The notes: a model not told the origin generated them from the sequence alone. DNA of 64,000 bases from Octopus sinensis (GCF_006345805.1 NC_043009.1:71362001-71426000), one strand, 5' to 3'. Counted from the stretch's first letter, positions 39,551 through 53,968 are shown. Made by a program: numbers and translations.

Positions 39551-40822
39551 GGGACAGCACTTCACCACTCACAACAAAAGGGTCAACACTTCACCACTCA
39601 CAACAAAAGGGACAACACTTCACCACTCACAACAAAAGGGACAACACTTCACCACTCACAACAAAAGGGTCAACACTTCACCACTCACAACAAAAGGGAC
39701 AGCACTTCACCACTCACAACAAAAGGGACAACACTTCACCACTCACAACAAAAGGGTCAACACTTCACCACTCACAACAAAAGGGACAGCACTTCACCAC
39801 TCACAACAATAGGGTCAACACTTCACCACTCACAACAAAAGGGTCAACACTTCACCACTCACAACAAAAGGGACAACACTTCACACTCACAACAAAAGGG
39901 ACAACACTTCACCACTCCAACAAAAGGGTCAACACTTCACCACTCACAACAAAAGGGACAGCACTTCACCACTCACAACAAAAGGGACAACACTTCACCA
40001 CTCACAACAAAAGGGTCAACACTTCACCACTCACAACAAAAGGGACAGCACTTCACCACTCACAACAATAGGGTCAACACTTCACCACTCACAACAAAAG
40101 GGTCAACACTTCACCACTCACAACAAAAGGGACAACACTTCACCACTCACAACAAAAGGGTCAACACTTCACCACTCACAACAAAAGGGACAGCACTTCA
40201 CCACTCACAACAAAAGGGTCAACACTTCACCACTCACAACAAAAGGGTCAACACTTCACCACTCACAACAAATGGAACAACACGTCACCACTTACGACAA
40301 AAGGGTCAACACTTCACCCCTTACAACAAAAGGGACAACACTTCACCACTTACGACAAAAGGGACAACACTTCATCACTTGCAACAAAAGGGTCAATACT
40401 TCACCCCTTACGACAAAAGGGACAACACTTCACCACTTACGACAAAAGGGACAACACTTCACTTGCAACAAAAGGGTCAACACTTCACCCCTTACAACAA
40501 AAGGGACAACACGTCACCACTTACGACAAAAGGGTCAACACTTCACCACTTGCAACAAAAGGGTCAACACTTCACCCCTTACAACAAAAGGGACAACACT
40601 TCACCACTTACGACAAAAGGGTCAACACTTCACCACTTACAACAAAAGGGTCAACACTTCACCCCTTACAACAAAAGGGACAACACTTCACCACTTACGA
40701 CAAAAGGGACAACACTTCACCCCTTACAACAAAAGGGACAACACTTCACCCCTTACAACAAAAGGGACAACACTTCACCCCTTACAACAAAAGGGACAAC
40801 ACTTCACCACTCACAACAAAAG
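39551..40822 (+). repeat. 29-bp minisatellite, ~44 copies
   Basis: Unit GGG(A/T)CA(A/G)CACTTCACC(A/C)CT(C/T)AC(A/G)ACAAAA; period 29 (39551 to 39580). Confidence 0.97.
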
Positions 40823-41899
40823 AAAGCTAAAAACACAAAATGGGAGAATATTTTCTCGTTTACCTTTTACTTGTTTCAGTCACTTGACTGCGGCCATGCT
40901 GGGGCACCGATTTGAATAATTTATTTTAGCCAAATGAATAGATCGCAGTACTTCTTTTTTCAGACACAAAAAACACCCTCATATATATATATATATGGCT
41001 AACTTCTTTTAGCTTCCGTCTACGAAATCCACAGACAGAAGCCATAGTAGAATACACTTGCTCAATCTGCCACACAGTCAGACTGAATCCGGAACCAAGT
41101 TGCTGGGAAGTGACCTTCTCACCACCCAGCCACACCTGCGCCTATCTTTTTTATATATTATGGAGAATTTTAAAATTTAAATATGAGTCACTTAGTTGTA
41201 ATGATGCGCCTAAATGGGCCGCGCTAATTAAAAAGCTGGGCTCCACCGTTTCCTACACATCTGTTGCATTCTACTTGTATTTTATTTCTTCTTTTAAGGT
41301 ATTTTCATATTTTTTCACCAACAAATGTTACAGTTTGTTTTAATTTGTTTTTCTCTCATTAAATAAATGTGGTTCTTTATTTCCTCGTTTTCATTCACCA
41401 TCACCACCCCCACCACCTACCACCTACCACCCAGACACACAGACAAATGCGTGTGTTTAAATATAAGCAAAATTGTTGCCGAGCTGTGTGAAATAATTCC
41501 CTGGTTTTCCCGATCTTTCTGCCATCCAAGCAATGATGTGATCCTACCTTCCAAGCTGTATCACATTGGCTGTTATTATTATTGCTGTTGTTGTTGTTGT
41601 TTAGTTGTGTATCAATATATCAAAGGTCTTGGCTGTAGTAGCTGTTAATGCAACATTCAGGTAATTCTGTACTAAGTCTCTGTGTCGACCTTCAGTCCAT
41701 TTCTTGAGAATGGTTTGGATGTAATTGTAGTCTTTACAGGCCTTTTGTTAATGACTGAATGATTCCTAAGAAGATTTCAAAGAGGAATTCTTTTCCCATT
41801 CATCAGTGTCAACGTGGTCCTTGTACTGCAGCTTGTGTCTCCCTACAATTTAAAGAGTTTATTACTGGTGAACAAATCTAAAGTGAAAGATTGGACTAA

Positions 41900-43400
41900 A
41901 TGAGAACCACCGCCTTGGGAAGCAGTATGGCAGGTGCAGAGTTCGAGCGGAGGAATCGGATAAGCAATGATCAAAGATGAAATCGGATTGAGGACATTAT
42001 CCAGGGTGGCCTTGTTCCGAAATTATTACTAACATCACTTGAACTGAACATTGTAGCAGTCATACGACCATCGAACGGTTTATTAAGACCTTAACCCTCT
42101 CAGACTTTAATCCTCACAGATGTTTAAGCTACATCACCCGTCGCCAGCTCAAATATAGAGCGTGTTTTATTGTGATTAACAGTTACAGAGAAAAAAAAAT
42201 ATCAAATAAATCTAGATTACTTAATTGTAAACATCCGATGTCATTTTCAACTTTTGACATTCTTTTCAATTAACTTCTTGAAGTACTTGTCTGCAATATT
42301 GATCTTTTATCTATTCAAAAACATCAAATTTATGATGAATTAGATCTCACACATCGTAATACAACAACAGTCTCCTGCTACAGTCCAGCTTTGTCATTAA
42401 ATTGAAGTTGAAGACATCCAGTACGAACTCATTTCATTCTCACTTAAGAAATAGCAAAGTATAACGTTTTGTTCATAAGAAGAGATATGAACGCGCAAAT
42501 TGGACGTAACAGAAATCACAAATAGGTCTTTCGCAAATCCGCTTATAAATAGGGTCAATATTTTCAAGGGTTAGTTTTTACTCAAGAAGCACAAAAACTG
42601 AACTTGATGATTTATTCACAAGCTGAAAGTAAGTTAATCGCATGGTGAGTTTTAAGACTTACAAGTTTTTCTAGAACTCATTCTGGTCACCGTGTTGTAG
42701 TATCCGCTAAAGTCCGTCATACTCTATATTCCAATAATCTCAAAACCAACAGCAATCCACGGTATGACAGGATTACATTGATTATGTATGAGAAAATATG
42801 CAATGAGCAACATCATTGGGATCAAAAATAGAATTGAAGCAGAAAATGTAATCAAATCGACTAATATTAACTATGAAATTTTCGTCACATCTTACCACGC
42901 TATAATAATAACTGCATTCCATACAAATGCAACATCAAGACAAAAGTAGATCGGGAATCTGGGCCAACCATTAAAAAACGTAGACATATCAAATTAAAAA
43001 AAACATCCCTTCCGAAAAAGTTAAACCTGAAAAAAAATACAAAAATAAACTTATTGTTAGATTTGAAGTGGGTCGAGAAAACTCCATCATAAAATGATAT
43101 TGATCTTATTAGGCATTCTGTTGATATGAGTTTCTTTTCAATAGCATTTGGATAATGAAATCATTTCTTGGAAAATGACAAAATTAATAGTCTCAAGCCA
43201 ACAGGATTGTCTCAACGAATGAAAGGACTAGCGGAATACTCAGCCACACCTGAATTAACTTTCGTGTGAAACGAGAGAACATAATCTTCAGTTCACAACT
43301 TGGTCCTCTTTCTAAACTACAAAATTGACGGATAATACCATTAATGGCTTTCTGATAGTAAATTATCAAAACCAGCCGCCTTCGTTTTGCTCCTTCATAA
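41900..43400 (+). mobile_element. Very degraded RTE-clade LINE with APE endonuclease remnant
   Basis: TTVSCYSP, KYNVLFIRRDMNAQIG (GDxNA motif), SGHRVVVSAKVR (SDH motif), and later SRLRFA. Boundaries approximate. Confidence 0.55.
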
Positions 43401-44246
43401 GGCTTCGGGGGGGGGGGCTTTCCTAAACTATAATATGAAGGACGTGTTTCATAACGGTTCTCGTGGGTCTCTTTGAAACTGGTGGGACAATACCAAGAAG
43501 GTTTTTCAAATGCTCCTTTCATTTGTGTAGTCGTTCCTGCAGACTTATGGATTTTTGTTTCGATTATTCATAATTTTTGCTGCCACTAATTTTATTGGCG
43601 GTTTGCCATGAAATATTGTTTGTTGCTGCATGCGCAATCAAATCTATTTTGTTTTCAACACATATCTATCGTTCGCTTTCAAAACTCTTGAAATCGTAGT
43701 TCAGATAAATAGATTGAAATCAAAATAGATTTGATCATGTATGCAACAGTAAACAAACACTCCTCATTCTGCCAAAAATTTAGGATGGATTCTTACGTGT
43801 ACGACATTACAAGCTTATCCAAACTGATATCAAATTGAAACAATGTTTTCTTCGTGTCATGTATTGAAACTAAATCATTTCTCTTAAATGATTTTAAATA
43901 ACATCAATTGTGGTTGTGATTTTATTTTCTCCCATCATGCTGTTATTATAATTCTGATAGTTTGTTATTTGCACGACTTGATCCCGCTGTGGCTAAGCAA
44001 AACAATTATTTTATTTACGTCATAGAACAATGATAGGCGATTAAGAAACACTTACATTTGTTCTTATTCTTTATACACCCAGTCGTTTATATAATGTAAA
44101 ACTTTATAGCATTTCAAAGTCTCATTTTCTATTCGTCTTGGCTCGCAAGGCATAAAAATTCATTTCCGAAACTATTTAGAAACCCCTGTGTTAGATATGT
44201 ATATACAAACACACTCACACACATATACATATAATATATATGCACA

Positions 44247-44321
<75 letters not shown>

Positions 44322-44361
44322 TAAGTAAATAAATGGAGTTGAACGCAGATTTTAATCAAAT

Positions 44362-44459
44362 TCTTTTACTATCGACATATGTTTCGAAGACAACATTGGT
44401 TTTATTCCAAAGGAATAAACGGTGTAAAACAATGTAATCTTCTTATCAGGAAAGAAAGA
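44362..44459 (-). ncRNA. Degenerate type I hammerhead ribozyme with extended stem II, in a (TA)n-flanked insert (44321-44582)
   Basis: Minus strand CUUUC-CUGAUAA(G8A)-GAAGA...UUUAUUCC-UUU-GGAAUAAA...UCUUC-GAAA-CAUAUG-UC-GAUAG; palindromic stem III. Confidence 0.6.
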
Positions 44460-44579
44460 GAACCCATCTCAACAACAAAACATTATAACAATTACTTGCG
44501 TGAATTTTGCTACCTGGTAACTGTTTATTGAATTTTCCGTGTTAACTGTAAACAAAGGATAATTCATTCATCCATTTAC

Positions 44580-44655
<76 letters not shown>

Positions 44656-44731
44656 TTGTATGTATATATATGTGTGTGTGTGTATCTACCTATCTATCTA
44701 TCTCTCTCTCTCGCTACATATATGTATATAT

Positions 44732-44778
<47 letters not shown>

Positions 44779-44805
44779 ATATATATATATATATATATCT
44801 TATTA

Positions 44806-44837
<32 letters not shown>

Positions 44838-44854
44838 TATTATTATATAGAAGG

Positions 44855-44905
44855 AGCTTCTACAGGACTAGAACTGTTTCATTCAAGAGAAATCTTCAGA
44901 AAGCT
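44855..44905 (-). ncRNA. Type I hammerhead ribozyme (inverted copy)
   Basis: Same as 46692-46742 except the stem I 5' strand is AGCUUU, giving a tolerated U-G wobble. Confidence 0.78.
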
Positions 44906-45461
44906 AGTTAACAAGAATTGTATTGGCATTTATACATTTAGGCAGGTTTAAAGGGGTGGTGGTTGGGGACTTTTTGGGGGTAGGCATAGCGCAAAATATC
45001 ATACTTGGGGGAGTGGTCAAGGAGTCAGTGGTAAATTAGATAAAAGAATAAATTAAAAATATATATAAAAAAATAAAAAAATATATATAAAAAAGAATAG
45101 AGTTTTAGGTAAATAAGGAGATTCTCACTTATACCTATACACATATGTATACATATATACACACACATACATACATATATACATACACACATACATATAC
45201 ACACACACACACATATACATATATATACACATACACATACATATACATATCTACACATACACATATATATATATATATATACATACACTCACTCACATGC
45301 ATACACGTATACACACATGTATATATACACAAACGACCACACATACATATACACACAGAAAAATATATATACATACACACATACACACATGCACACACAG
45401 CACACTAGTCCCTATATACACATATATACACATACACACATATATATACATACACATACAT

Positions 45462-45501
<40 letters not shown>

Positions 45502-46107
45502 GTGTACCTATACATACCTACACATACACACATATATATACATACAAATACAGACCCATTCCCTAATTTTAATTTTATTATCTTCATTTATTACTTTTGT
45601 TATCTTTGACCGCTGGTCCCAAGGATCTTGGCTATGACAGCAAGTCCATTTATCTGTCTACTTGAAAACAAGCACTCATTCACGCACGCACACCCATTAG
45701 CACGTACACTCATACACATACACGCACGCACGCGTTATATTCATACATACATACATCTACATACATTCACGTATATACACATACGTACGCGTACCTACAG
45801 ATTCGAATCTGTAGGTACGCGTACGTATGTGTATATACGTGAATGTATGTAGATGTATGTATGTATGAATATAACGCGTGCGTGCGTGTATGTGTATGAG
45901 TGTACGTGCTAATGAGTGTGCGTGCGTGAATGAGTGCTTGTTTTCAAGTAGACAGATAAATGGACTTGCAGTCATAGCCAAGATCCTTGGGACCAGCGGT
46001 CAAAGATAACAAAAGTAATAAATGAAGATAATAAAATTAAAATTAGGGAATGGGTCTGTATTTGTATGTATATATATGTGTGTATGTGTAGGTATGTATA
46101 GGTACAC

Positions 46108-46157
<50 letters not shown>

Positions 46158-46691
46158 ATGTATGTGTATGTATATATATGTTTGTATGTGTATATATGTG
46201 TATATAGGGACTAGTGTGCTGTGTGTGCATGTGTGTATGTGTGTATGTATATATATTTTTCTGTGTGTATATGTATGTGTGGTCGTTTGTGTATATATAC
46301 ATGTGTGTATACGTGTATGCATGTGAGTGAGTGTATGTATATATATATATATGTGTATGTGTAGATATGTATATGTATGTGTATGTGTATATATATGTAT
46401 ATGTGTGTGTGTGTATGTATGTGTGTATGTATATATGTATGTATGTGTGTGTATATATGTATACATATGTGTATAGGTATAAGTGAGAATCTCCTTATTT
46501 ACCTAAAACTCTATTCTTTTTATATATATTTTTTTATTTTTTTATTTATTCTTTTATCTAATTTACCACTGACTCCTTGACCACTCCCCCAAGTATGATA
46601 TTTTGCGCTATGCCTACCCCCAAAAAGTCCCCCACCACCACCCCTTTAAACCTGCCTAAATGTATAAATGCCAATACAATTCTTGTTAACT

Positions 46692-46742
46692 AGCTTCCTG
46701 AAGATTTCTCTTGAATGAAACAGTTCTAGTCCTGTAGAAGCT
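46692..46742 (+). ncRNA. Type I hammerhead ribozyme
   Basis: AGCUUC-CUGAAGA-U-UUC-UCUU-GAA-U-GAAA-CAG-UUCUAGUC-CUG-UA-GAAGCU: 6-bp stem I, 3-bp stem II closed by U-U, 4-bp stem III, GUA cleavage after 46736. Confidence 0.8.
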
Positions 46743-46753
46743 CCTTCTATATA

Positions 46754-46799
<46 letters not shown>

Positions 46800-47850
46800 T
46801 ATATATGTATATGCGAGTATGTAGAGATATAAGTATGTGCATGTGTATATATATGTGTGTATATATATGTATAGGTATGTGTATGTGTATGTATGTATAT
46901 GTATATGTGTGTGTGTATGTATGCATATATGTATGTATGTATGTATGTATATGTGTATGTATATATGTGTGTAAGTGTGTGCATATATGTATATGTAAGT
47001 GTGTGTGCGTGTATGAGTATGTATGTATGTTTGCACACATGTATATGTGTGTGTGTGTATATATGGATGCGCGTGTGTGTGTGTGTGTGTATGGGTACGC
47101 ATGTACATGTGTATGTGCGTGTATGTGTATATGTGTATGTATGTATGTGTGTGCGTATATTTGTATATGTATGTATGTATATGTATGTATGTATATGTAT
47201 GTATGTGTGTGTATATATATATATATGGGTGTGTGTATGTCTATAAATGTATGTATGTATGGATGTATGGATGTATGTATGTATGTATACGTATGTATGT
47301 GTATGTGTGTATATGTATGTATGTGTTTGTGTGTATATATATATATGTGTGTATATATATTTGTGTATATATATATATATGTATATATATGTGTATATAT
47401 ATGTATGTGTATATATATATGTATATATATATATATATGTGTGTATTTGTATGTAGGTGTATATGTATGTGTGTATATATATATATTTATTGGTGTATAT
47501 GTATAGACTAGCCTTCTAAGAGTGTAGACACGAATCTGTAGGTACGTGTACGTATGTGTATATACGTGAATGTATGTAGATGTATGTATGTATGAATATA
47601 ACGCGTGCGTGCGTGTATGTGTATGAGTGTACGAATGAGTGAGTGTACGTGCTAATGGGTGTGCGTGCGTGAATGAGTGCTTGTTTTCAAGTAGACAGAT
47701 AAATGGACTTGCTGTCATAGCCAAGATCCTTGGGACCAGCGGTCAAAGATAACAAAAGTAATAAATGAAGATAATAAAATTAAAATTAGGGAATGGGTCT
47801 GTATTTGTATGTATATATATGTGTGTATGTGTAGGTATGTATAGGTACAC

Positions 47851-47973
<123 letters not shown>

Positions 47974-48526
47974 ATGTATGTGTATGTATATATATGTGTG
48001 TATGTGTATATATGTGTATATAGGGACTAGTGTGCTGTGTGTGCATGTGTGTATGTGTGTATGTATATATATTTTTCTGTGTGTATATGTATGTGTGGTC
48101 GTTTGTGTATATATACATGTGTGTATACGTGTATGCATGTGAGTGAGTGTATGTATGTATATATATATATATATATGTATGTGTAGATATGTATATGTAT
48201 GTGTATGTGTATATATATGTATATGTGTGTGTGTATATGTATGTGTGTATGTATATATGTATGTATGTGTGTGTATATATGTATACATATGTGTATAGGT
48301 ATAAGTGAGAATCTCCTTATTTACCTAAAACTCTATTCTTTTTTATATATATTTTTTTATTTTTTTATATATTTTTTTATTTATTCTTTTATCTAATTTA
48401 CCACTGACTCCTTGACCACTCCCCCAAGTATAATATTTTGCGCTATGCCTACCCCCAAAAAGTCCCCCACCACCACCCCTTTAAACCTGCCTAAATGTAT
48501 AAATGCCAATACAATTCTTGTTAACT

Positions 48527-48577
48527 AGCTTCCTGAAGATTTCTCTTGAATGAAACAGTTCTAGTCCTGTAGAAGCT
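48527..48577 (+). ncRNA. Type I hammerhead ribozyme
   Basis: Identical to 46692-46742; predicted cleavage after 48571. Confidence 0.8.
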
Positions 48578-48889
48578 CCTTCTATATAATAAATTAATTT
48601 TACTCTGCTATGTATTGAGTACCTTATTTACTGTGGTTAACCCCGAATCAACCCGGGACTTACATATATATATATATATATATATTTGTATGTATATATG
48701 TGTGTGTGTATCTATACACCCACACACGCATATATATATACTTACATACATACATATATATACAATACATGAAGTTATCCTTTTGGTTGTTTGCATGTGT
48801 GTTTTTGTTGTGGAAGGATACTGACCACCTCATGTGGCTGAAAGTGGACAAACGCATTTCAATAAAATAAAGAAAACTGTGTGAAGTGT

Positions 48890-49010
48890 TGGTAGTTGAC
48901 AGCCAGCAGTTGACAGCAGTACAGTTGACAGTCATTAGTTGACAGCCAGTAGTTGACAGCGGTACTGTTGACAGCCATTGGTTGACAGCGGTACCTTTCT
49001 GCACTCCCGT
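48890..49010. repeat. Seven ~14-bp spaced GTTGACAG repeats, probably a DNA-transposon subterminal array
   Basis: GTTGACAG recurs at a ~14-bp period from 48895 to ~48988. Confidence 0.6.
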
Positions 49011-49269
49011 CATAACAGTTTTGTATGTCTTTCAACATATGACAACGCAACACAGACTTTAAAAAATGACTTTCACTATAATGACAGGGGGTTGTTGTTG
49101 TTGTTGTTATTGTTGCTGTTGTTGAGAGGGAGAAATAAAAGGAATAACTGAATGTGCGAAGGATAGAATCAAAGTTTGTTTTAAGTAAAACTACCCAGGT
49201 TGTTGTTGAGCCTATCAATGTGATCGTTGTGGCCAGCGTCTAATGGAGGCTTCATTTCATCTTGATTAG

Positions 49270-49307
49270 GTCGTTACCCGGCAGCCGAGCGACGGGTAAC
49301 GACTAGT
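49270..49307 (+). mobile_element. Helitron-like 3' terminus
   Basis: Perfect 11-bp stem GTCGTTACCCG/CGGGTAACGAC ending in CTAG followed by T. Confidence 0.5.
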
Positions 49308-49854
49308 ACATACATATATGTATACTAACGCACACAAATGCGCACAAACAAACAATACGAGCGCAGCTCTGACAGAGTCAACAACGTTGCAAGAAGGAAC
49401 GAAAATTTTAGAAAAAATGAAATAAATAAGTATATGATTGGAAATTGAACCGGTGAGTGTGTCAATTAATAAGCCATTAAAACAGAATTTAACAAATTCA
49501 CTTTGGTCAGCCCGATTAAAAGACTTGCTGAAGAATTTTATTTTCGAAACAATAAATCGCAACGGATACCGAAATCTTTAGTATTTGTTTTTATTTATTT
49601 ACTCGAAACTAACAAATATTCGTGAGAGAAAATAATCAAAATGTAGAAATAAAACAAAATTACTAAACCAAATAAAAACTTCGACTCGGGGGGGGGGGCA
49701 TAACAAGGCTTCTGGACCTCATAAAATGACTAAAATCATTGAAGAAGAGAAACTCTGCAACAATGGAATTTGTCGTTGAGCAAGAAGAGAAGTCTTTTGA
49801 AGTTAAAAGCAATTTGATGTTTCATGATTTTGTGTGTTAAATGTGGCGAAACGA

Positions 49855-49908
<54 letters not shown>

Positions 49909-49931
49909 GAGAGAGAGACAGACAGACAGAC

Positions 49932-49974
<43 letters not shown>

Positions 49975-50372
49975 AGACCAGAAGACCAAGATTTATTTAA
50001 CAAATCAGGTAGACTGTGATTTAATCAATGGCATGCACAAAAAATAATCTAAAATAATTGGAATTCACCATTTAGTTTGAGAAAGAATATAAAAAACTGG
50101 CGAAAATGAGTAGCGACACTCAAAGAAAAGGAATCATTTCCAGAAATGAAGAATTTATTTTGCAAAATTTGATTGACATTTTTATAAAAACATCTGATCT
50201 TTGTAATGAGGCAAGGTGACAGTTACAGGTATGTTTCGGTTTTATTGAACCTCATCGACGAAGCGATATCAAACCCACTTGATTGTGAATACACATACAC
50301 ATACATGCATACATATACATACATACATACATACATACAGACATACAGACATACATACATACATACATATAT

Positions 50373-50451
<79 letters not shown>

Positions 50452-50894
50452 TACGTCGTTCAGTACATTGGCATTGAGTTGATTAAGCAATGCCAATGAT
50501 CTATTTGAGTTAGTTCCCTTACCTGATTATACTTACCAGATGCTACTCATTTGTCAGTAGCTGTGAGAAAGAGAATCACATTTGACCATTTCCAGGCGAG
50601 AAAGATTCGCTCCAGTTTCCTTCGCTGGAATCGTCGTCGATTTGTCCGGGTATTCTTCTGTTGTTGAATGCGTTTGATTTTATTTTTTACTGAACGATGG
50701 GTCGGCAGCGTCAGCAGAGCAGCGGTCGGCCAGTATTTAGTTTCGGTTTCTTTAGGCCCCTACGTTCAAAACCAGCAGTAGTCAACTTCACCATTAAAAT
50801 TCCTGGGGGCCAATATAATAAAATATCTATCAAGAACTGGAACCAATATAATCGATTATACTGTCCTCTAAATTTCGAGAGCTTTTACTAAATA

Positions 50895-51077
50895 TCGGCT
50901 TCAAAGTTTGGCACAAGTCCAGCAATTTCTGGGAGTTGGGGTGCAATCCGATTACATCGAGTCAGTGCTCAACTGGTATTTATTTTATCGATCCCGATTA
51001 GATGAAAGGTAAAGTCAACCTGGGCGGAATTTGAACTCAGAACGTAAAGAAAGATGAAATGTCAGCTCACTGCCTTA
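50895..51077 (-). mobile_element. tRNA-derived SINE
   Basis: GATGAAAGGTAAAGTCAACC..GGCGGAATTTGAACTCAGAACGTAAAG and tail TTTGGCACAAG, as at 751-964. Confidence 0.75.
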
Positions 51078-52309
51078 CCTTTTAATAATATTAGAGGATG
51101 TTGGATGTCCAAATCGATTGAGTCTCGTCAAACAAAATGCCATTCTCCTTTTGCTTCATCTCCTTATTTTCTGAGTTCGAATCCTGCTGAAGCTATTTTA
51201 TTTTTCTTTCTCCCTGAATAAAAATAAAACTGTACCGCTCAAGTACTGGTTGAGGTCGATATATAAACGAAAGTCGCTCACTCCAGCTCTGAAAACGAAA
51301 TGTGTGACCTTAAACCTTAGTTAGAAATCAATATTTTTTACATAAGCATCGATTATATCAGCCTCTGAATTTAGTAAGTGCTTCATTTTATCAGTCGACC
51401 TCAATGGATTTGAATGCAAAACATGAATGGGCGTATATCAATAACGCAAAGCTTTTTATCCGTCGTTTTACCGTTCCAGGCGTTCCCCATTCTTCTCAAA
51501 GCGCAGAAAAGGCTAAGTGCAGGTTGAGTAACCCACTCTAAACCATAGAAAATGGCTGTAGCCAGTGACATGAAAACTTGTAACTTGACCGCGAGTGCTT
51601 ACCTTGTTACAAGTTGATGAATTCAGTAGAATCGTGGTTCCGGTTCCGGTTCTGAGGCTAAATCCTGCCGGTGCCAATTTTGTCTTTCATCGTTTTAAGG
51701 AATTGTTAGAAAGCTTAATCCACAATCTAGTTTAACAGCCCCTAGACTTTAGCGGAGTTGTAAGCATTTGAACCAGGTCTTTGGTTCGAAGAAAGCTTAG
51801 TCTCATTTTCCAACCAGTTTCGGATGCCCTAAAAACATAAGGCCATAGGTGAGGCCCTCCCTGCAAATAAGGGTGAGGGCGGGGGTAATCATTAGGACGA
51901 TAATGTAAGTAATAAGATTAATTAAAATAAACTTTCTCGCTCTCTTTCATTCTCTCGTTTTATATATATATATATATATATATAACGCTGTCATGGCATC
52001 GACCAGACTATCGGATATTGTTATAAACCACTGGTCACAATGCGCTTCGCATTGTTTTAACTTTTTTGACTAATGCCACCCCGCGGGCGAGTGTGCATGC
52101 CACCTCGCACGCGCTTATACCTGTCTATTCCTGACACATTCTCAAATTTAAGGATGTTCATAATCGATGACGTCGATCAAAATACCTGAACGGTACATTT
52201 TTAATCGACCCCGGAAGGTTGAAAGTGAAGTCTAAGTAGGCGGGATTCGGATTCAAAACTTTGAGTAGTTTAATTGAATTAATTTCATTAAAAGAATGTG
52301 CATAAAAAT

Positions 52310-52327
52310 GTGTGTGTGTGCACGTGT

Positions 52328-52370
<43 letters not shown>

Positions 52371-52473
52371 TGTTGACATTCTCTTTGATATCAACAGTAT
52401 TACACGTTCTCACATTTAGTAAAAATTTGCTTTCTATGGCTGTGCTAGTTATTTTAACTTTAAGATAATTAAG

Positions 52474-52509
<36 letters not shown>

Positions 52510-53968
52510 GCACACACAATAGGTGACGGCCACCAGTAAAATTATCCAAATTATGTATCAGTGTGTGGGCGCCGTTGAATGTTTGGTTGGTGAAATAAAC
52601 ACAAAAACAAACTTCGAGAATTATGTTAATGAAAACGATAAAAATCTTGCCTTGTAATTAATCTCAGAAATATTTGACAGATTAGTGGAGATTTGCATTG
52701 ATATAACAGCAGGATTCGAAAAATGTTGAGCTTGAAAGACCGTGGTGAGAAACTGTGTTCCTGGACTATTGACGAGTAGAACAACGATGTTGGAAGGGGA
52801 GTAGTTATAACTTGCGTTTCCAAGTTGAGCGATCGTCAGAATCTTGAAGACTGTGAGTGAATGATAGATTGGGGATTGAAGGCAAAGCATGTTGGAACCA
52901 AACAATAAATGGGCAAATAATTTGAAATTTGCAAAAGCGACGGGGCAAATACAGGCTGGTGTACAGAAATTACCAATGGTGCCAGAGAGAATATTTTTTT
53001 TTAAATGCAGTAAAACAGGAGATGCCAAATAGCTGAAATCGATATCTGAAGATTGTCACAAGGACACAGATTTGGTGCGGGGCCTCGATGATGGAACGGT
53101 CCCCGATGCTTGAATGATAGTTTATTTCTTAGCCTCCGGAAAGATAAAGGACAAAGTTGAATCTCAGCGGGATTTGAACTCAGGAGTAAAATGACGTCAC
53201 TAAATACAGTAAGTCGTTTCGTCCGATATTCTAATGATTCTATCAATTCACACGCGTCAGAGATGATGATGATGACGAGGAGGAGGGGAGAGGGGAGGGA
53301 GTCAGGAAGGAGTGGTACTTGGCATCGGGTCACGACGACTGTTTGAGAGAGGACAAGAGCGTCATTCTCTTTGAATTTTTGAAACGTATCGTGAACAGCG
53401 AGCGATATAACGGAATCACTGAAGAACTTAAGGAATCGATTAGGAGGACGGAGCTGAACAAGAATCTGAAAACGATCGACATTCTTTGGGACAGTGTTCC
53501 ACTACACACATCATTGGAAACAAATCAGGTTATCGGTTAATTGATTTGGTCAGTGACTCGTATCCACCTTCCACTCCGTATCTGGAATCCTCTGCTGCAT
53601 AGACCACAGCTTCTGTTATTACATTGACTATTCACTGGGCACTCACATCCGACCAACAATTCTGAAGAATTGTCAATATTGCCAAGTGTAATAATCGGCA
53701 CGAAACCGACGCCAACATTGAAATGCCAGAACCAGAAATATAATCCTTGACAATATTAAAGTGTAACCTCTCACTTTCGTTTAGCGTCTTCTTTTAATTT
53801 TTTGACTTATGAACAATTAACCGATATATATGTGTGTGTGTGTGTGGTGTGTGTGTGTGTGTTTGTGTTGACATTCTCTTTGATATCAACAGTATTACAC
53901 GTTCTCACATTTAGTAAAAATTTGCTTTCTATGGCTGTGCTAGTTATTTTAACTTTAAGATAATTAAG

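Noticed and set aside
39462-40919. Repetitive ORFs and CRISPR-like periodicity
   Set aside because: Head-to-tail 29-bp units with no unique spacers and no cas genes, in a eukaryotic context; this is a minisatellite.
50219-50260. Hammerhead-like CGAUGA-GGUU..AACC-GAAA-CA..UGUA on the minus strand
   Set aside because: The core lacks U4 and stem I has only 2 bp; too degenerate to call.
53189-53200. TGACGTCA site (also in the duplicate at ~54689)
   Set aside because: It lies within a decayed SINE fragment and is likely incidental.
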